Shown one piece after another: positions 60,801-64,000 of a DNA stretch of 64,000 bases. Below the pieces are notes generated by a model. It made no database searches and had not been told where the DNA came from. It was given only the letters and a program-made list of their open reading frames with translations. This DNA comes from Ascidiella aspersa. Lineage: Eukaryota. Each line of letters begins with the position of its first letter. The stretch's first letter is position 1. The position numbers and the translations under genes were made by a program. The stretch is taken from positions 20,274,001 to 20,338,000 of the forward strand of contig OZ004615.1 of assembly GCA_963924565.1 (NCBI GenBank). Reading direction: 5' to 3'.

Positions 60801-63741
60801 GCTGGACTTAAAACTTTCTATCGCCTTTACCAGGGTTTGTGCTTCTGCTGTGTGCATTTCAGTTGACCCTTACTTTGACCTGATGAAGCACGGTTGTACG
60901 AAAGCTTGTCGACATTACAATACAATTTGACGTTCAGAGTGCCACCTGACTTCCTGATTCATATTTACATGCAAGACACAAGGCCAATGGCATAGGCGCC
61001 GAACGTGGGTGTGTAGAGAGTTTTTAGATGCCCTGGATTTCTCCTAGAGCGTCAAAGCGCCCTGGAATTCAACCAAGTTATCAATAAACGCTAATTTATG
61101 TAGCACAGTGTGAACATAAAGTTTTAAAAGGCGAAATGGTTGGCTCAATGATAACCGATAACAATTGTTATTTAAGAGCTCACATTTTTTATCTAATTAA
61201 AAATCAATTTTGCACTGTCTAGTCTAGAAAATGACGCCCTGAAATTTTAAAAGTTCGCCGCCTATGGATTAAAAGTTACCTTTGGAGAAGAATACCGAGA
61301 TAAGAAAGGCCAGGTTGATTGTGGCGGCGGCAAAGAGAATAAGGAAGACGAAAATCACGGTCGCGTCACTGTTGGTCAACACACTTCCGTAGCGCGTCTG
61401 TAAAAAAAGTGGCAATGATATATAGATCAGTGTTTCTCAACCTTTTTTCGCGGCTACCCAAACTATGAGCGTTCGTAGGTATAACAGTAGGGTGTATCTT
61501 TATAGAATCCAAAACCATCGGCAGCAGGTTTTAGCCAGTCGATCACTGCTCCGCTGACGCGTATATTAACAAGTAAAAGTCACAGTTAAAAACAGGAGTA
61601 AAAACAGGATCAGACGTTTTGTTTAAAGGAAAATATATTTCGCCAAGGTGTAACAGCGAAACCTTGGCGATCCAATTTATTTTCAATGAATTATTTTAAG
61701 CAAATACAACACAAGTGATTAGCATTTATTGTAAGTTTAATTAATATGAGCTGTATCTTCGTTTTGTTTTTCGCTAATTGCTCGGAATCAATCTCAATAA
61801 ATTTAACTATCAAACTCAGCAGTCTGCGACCCAACCAAATCAATCGGCGAATAATTTGAGGGGCCAAACTGGCTATTAAAATGAAGGTTAATGTACGGTG
61901 CAGGCAGATCGAACAACAATAAAGATGTTAATACGAAATATTCTAAATATCATGTACTCTCAGATCCTGAATACCGTAATTTTACTGACAATAAGAAACT
62001 TTCCAAACAATATTTAGGCAAAAACACATATCAGAAAATTCTATTTCAATAAGGGACTGACGATGCCAGTAAAAGCGAAAAATATATTCCTTTATAAAAA
62101 AAGTCTGCGCGGGCTTTTAAACTTGAGAGTTTTATTGTCAATATACGCGTCAGCGAAACAGTAATCGACAAGCAGAAACCGGCTCACAATGATTTTGGAT
62201 TCCATAAAGATACGCCCTTTTAAACATATCAGCAAAGATACTTAAATAAGGAAATGACGATGCCAGTATAGGCGAAATATATCTCCTTTAAAAAATGCCT
62301 GATCCTGGTTTTACTCAGGTTTTTAAACTTTGAGTTTTATAGTTTGTATACGCGTCAGCGGAACAGTGATCGACAAGCAGAAACCTGCTGCAAATGTTTT
62401 GGATTCCATAAAAATACAACCTTTTAAATATCAGCAAAAATATTTTAGATCCGCCTACCGGTATTTTGTAAAAGGCTGCCATAAACACGCAGGATATGGC
62501 GACGAAGATGAGATACTTGAGAAACCAGGCGAGCCAGTGCAGCCAGTTGGACAGACCCATCATCATCATGTATTCCTACACAAAGAAGCCAAATTACAGA
62601 ATTTTAGCTGAAATTGGTAGTTGAGGGGTATAGAAAGTATTTATATAACCCTTGCGGTAGCAGACTTACTAAACAATTGGTTTAACATTTAAACAAAACT
62701 AAGCTTTTCACAAATAAAAACTGTGAAAAAAATGTCAAATTTCCTGTAATATTTTTTGGTGCAAAATATTTTTTGTTTTAGATTTTGTTAGACACTTGGA
62801 AGTCGAATTAAATTAATTGGAGTGACTAACTTTTCTTAAAGGTCTAGGTCAGGGATTCTTAAACTTTTTTTACCGCGCACCCCTAAAATTTTATTTTACC
62901 TGGCGTGGACCACGATAGGCGAGAAATTTCCATAATGACGTCATAAATTGACGTTACAATACAAATAGACCTCAGAAATCTGCCGATTTCAGTACAAAAA
63001 ATGTGAAAGTGTATTGGAGCCAACATTCAGTGCAAATCGTTTTAATTTTAATTAAAGTTATTTTAAAAATTTATTAGTTTTTAAATGTATACTACTGTTT
63101 CCATTAGGCCTTCATGGACCCCCTAAAACTAGTTCATGAACCCCCAAGGGGTCCATGGACCCCAGTTTAAGAACCCCTGCTCTAGGTCAACCTGCATATG
63201 TTTTAAAATAAAGAATCTTTTCTAATAATCACGTATTAACCTTCATCTTTAGTTCTTTTTCGTGGACAACACTTTTGACAATAAGCAGGGCCGTGTAGAA
63301 AAAGCTGAGCATAATAAGAAGTGGAAGAGTCCTTTGAATAGCCACTGAAATTTGAAAAAGTAACACGATTTAAAAAATAAAATTTTTGCATTCATGTCAA
63401 AATAATGAATTTGGCTCAAATAAGTTTATCTGTGTTTTGCTTATTAGTCTTTTGACCTAAATTTGTGGCGGAATTTTTATGGAAAAAAGAGCTGAGATTA
63501 ATGGTGAAAATAACGGCCCAAATAGACATAAAAAGCGACATTAAACTTATGAACAGATCCGTATATAGTGTTCCAAAGTGCTGAGAATTAGGTATTTGAA
63601 CAAATAACCATTCAAAATAGATACTTATAAAATTGTCAAAATACATACTTATAAAATTGTCTTCCAAGTAAGGTGGGTATGGGTATCGCTTGAGCGCAAT
63701 TGAAGTTTGCAGATTTTCATTTTTTGCTAAAACTCCAGCCA
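30884..63741 (-). CDS. ABCA3: ABC transporter subfamily A, full transporter (ABCA3-like); 31 exons in window, 5' end beyond the window
   Basis: Exons 5'->3': 63649-63741, 63241-63344, 62459-62575, 61280-61397, 58747-58920, 58087-58154, 57273-57386, 55857-56048, 52633-52762, 50570-50724, 48217-48372, 47320-47500, 46399-46481, 45593-45789, 44456-44598, 43383-43489, 42857 (or 42869)-42965, 42194-42298, 40226-40354, 39074-39260, 38483-38687, 37424-37637, 36044-36196, 35637-35830, 35385-35516, 34550-34750, 33788-33975, 32963-33133, 31622-31806, 31209-31297, 30884-31024 (TAA). NBD1: [42 protein letters not shown]2: [46 protein letters not shown]-type motifs [35 protein letters not shown]. Subfamily A is secure; exact orthology to ABCA3 is less so. 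Confidence 0.9.
34978..35100. repeat. Tandem repeat, 47-bp unit x~2.6
   Basis: aaaattggtaaactcgtgc recurs at about 34978, 35025 and 35072. Confidence 0.85.
38766..38880 (+). mobile_element. Decayed family 2 hammerhead/pLTR copy
   Basis: tgaaaga-g-GATAC aagttt GTATC-GAAA-GG-TC-TTA followed by ...ctttttggctttgcaatt...tattacagatccgt, homologous to 49500-49700. Confidence 0.55.
40383..40783. mobile_element. hAT-type MITE (TAGAGATAGACCG family)
   Basis: TIR tagagatagaccgata / tatcggtcgatctcta; TSD gttaaatg/gttaaaag. A further copy lies at about 55465-55790. Confidence 0.8.
41460..42190. repeat. Tandem repeat, 144-bp unit x~5
   Basis: gtgccttt at 41488, 41632, 41776, 41920 and 42065; inner copies are nearly identical. 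Confidence 0.95.
43943..44078 (+). mobile_element. tRNA-derived repeat copy
   Basis: gcctgtgtagctcagttggtagag...agttcgaacctcactgcacgctagttatttttctagcctgccttgcttg. Confidence 0.65.
46033..46155 (+). mobile_element. Penelope-like pLTR remnant with hammerhead motif, family 1 (GAAA->AAAA core mutation)
   Basis: TTGAT-CTGATGA-A-GCAC gctt GTGT-AAAA-TC-TT-GTCAA plus tail ...aatacaatgtgtctttatatagtgccacctgattacc...ggccatttacaaagatt. Confidence 0.65.
47600..47760 (-). mobile_element. Penelope-like pLTR remnant, family 1 hammerhead flanked by an inverted copy of its own tail
   Basis: Minus strand reads CTGATGA-A-GCGC gttt GTAC-GAAA-GA-TT-GTAAA (about 47642-47674). Inverted arms: ggtgaccatgtataaagacaaattttattgaa / ttcaatacaatttgtctttatacagtgtcacc. 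Confidence 0.65.
48390..49230. repeat. Diverged tandem repeat, ~290-310-bp unit x3
   Basis: gcacctgcgtcacacttacgtaag..aaccgattt...aacggaatata recurs at about 48427, 48738 and 49023. Confidence 0.75.
49500..49700 (+). mobile_element. Penelope-like pLTR remnant, family 2: intact minimal hammerhead (49607-49646) between 59-bp inverted arms
   Basis: TAA-CTGAAGA-T-GATAC aagttc GTATC-GAAA-CG-TC-TTA. Arms 49528-49586 and 49640-49698 match at 55/59 positions. Confidence 0.75.
50761..51099. mobile_element. hAT-type MITE (diverged)
   Basis: Termini cagtgattctcaa / ttgtgaaccactg; degenerate TSD gtgtactc/gtgcagtt. Confidence 0.55.
51595..51757 (+). mobile_element. Penelope-like pLTR remnant, family 1 hammerhead
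   Basis: CTGATGA-A-GCAC ggac GTAC-GAAA-GT-TT-GTCGAG at 51677-51710, with tail caatacaattagtcttt...ccacctg and an upstream inverted tail fragment (gaccgtatttgtctaatt). Confidence 0.6.
52930..53021. repeat. Perfect 41-bp inverted repeat with 10-nt loop
   Basis: tcaactggactagaagacttgaatgtctttattcgaatgaa-ctataaattt-ttcattcgaataaagacattcaagtcttctagtccagttga. Confidence 0.95.
55363..55466 (+). mobile_element. Penelope-like pLTR remnant, family 1 hammerhead (CTAATGA core mutation), preceded by inverted tail
   Basis: TTGAC-CTAATGA-A-GCAC ggtt GTGC-GAAA-GC-TT-GTCGA at 55429-55466. The segment 55363-55418 is approximately the reverse complement of the tail at 46098-46152. Confidence 0.65.
56135..56232 (-). 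mobile_element. tRNA-derived repeat copy (5' truncated)
   Basis: Reverse complement contains ggaggtcgtgagttcgaacctcactgcaggctagttgtttctctagcctgccttgcttg...gtctgcgatggcttt. Confidence 0.65.
58150..58490. repeat. Tandem repeat, 90-bp unit x~3.8, overlapping an ABCA splice acceptor
   Basis: gaaccttg at 58151, 58241, 58331 and 58421. Confidence 0.92.
60875..60912 (+). ncRNA. Minimal type I hammerhead ribozyme motif, family 1, core intact
   Basis: TTGAC-CTGATGA-A-GCAC ggtt GTAC-GAAA-GC-TT-GTCGA. Stem I TTGAC/GTCGA, stem II with one mismatch, palindromic AGCU at stem III. Followed by the family tail (caatacaattt...gtgccacctga). Confidence 0.75.
60991..61266. mobile_element. MITE (CATAGGCGC family), second copy
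   Basis: cataggcgccgaac ... gttcgccgcctatg; internal sequence homologous to 24937-25261. Confidence 0.7.
61489..61644 (-). mobile_element. Inverted partial copy of the family 3 unit
   Basis: Reverse complement reads ggcgaaatatattttcctttaaac...tatacgcgtcagcggagcagtgatcgac...ttttggattctataaagatacaccct, matching the 62028-62445 units. Confidence 0.65.
62028..62445 (+). mobile_element. Tandem ~197-bp units, each carrying a minimal hammerhead (family 3; retrozyme/pLTR-like)
   Basis: Unit 1: AAGGGA-CTGACGA-T-GC cagtaaaa GC-GAAA-AATA-TA-TTCCTT (62051-62092). Unit 2: AAGGA-aATGACGA-T-GCC agtata GGC-GAAA-TATA-TC-TCCTT (62248-62288). The rest of the units align (tatacgcgtcagcg..acagt.atcgacaagcagaaacc...ttttggattccataaa). 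Confidence 0.7.
62850..63179. mobile_element. hAT-type MITE (CAGGGGTTCTTAAACT family, opposite orientation)
   Basis: TIR cagggattcttaaact / agtttaagaacccctg; TSD gtctaggt/ctctaggt. Confidence 0.85.
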
Positions 63742-64000
63742 CTGACATATAGAGGGCATGTTGTAATGAAAGAAAGCCTGAAATTAAACAATGAAAATCA
63801 ATATTTCACTTCGATTCACCATAAAATGGTACAACATACATAAGCACTAAAGGGCCTGTAAAATATATAAGGTCATATTTTTATATGGGATTATTACTGT
63901 ATTAAGTCACAGTCGGATAATAACACATACAAAATTAATAATTAATGTAAAGAAAACAAATTTAGATTATATTATTGAGTAGATTTCTTTCTTAATCAAC

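Overview
Eukaryotic, AT-rich, intron-containing DNA from an invertebrate animal; tunicate-like is only a guess from gene compactness. Four protein-coding genes were rebuilt by hand from GT-AG exons with consistent phases. (1) The 3' part of an uncharacterised + strand gene (49..4300). (2) A - strand gene with an intronless CDS encoding an STI1/DP-type protein (5489..6289). (3) A complete 23-coding-exon OFD1 orthologue (+, 8351..26548, about 1260 aa), head-to-head with gene 2. (4) The 3' 31 exons of a full-size ABCA3-like transporter (-, 30884..63741; its 5' end is beyond the window). Introns carry many 8-bp-TSD hAT-type MITEs (some nested), a tRNA-derived repeat and several local tandem repeats. 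The most striking non-coding signal is about ten copies, in three sequence families, of minimal type I hammerhead ribozyme motifs (CUGANGA+1 nt, stem II, GAAA, short palindrome, UH). They sit in tandem and/or inverted-repeat arrangements like Penelope-like-element pseudo-LTRs or retrozymes, mostly inside ABCA introns. Three copies keep an intact catalytic core. All coordinates were read by eye and no database search was run.
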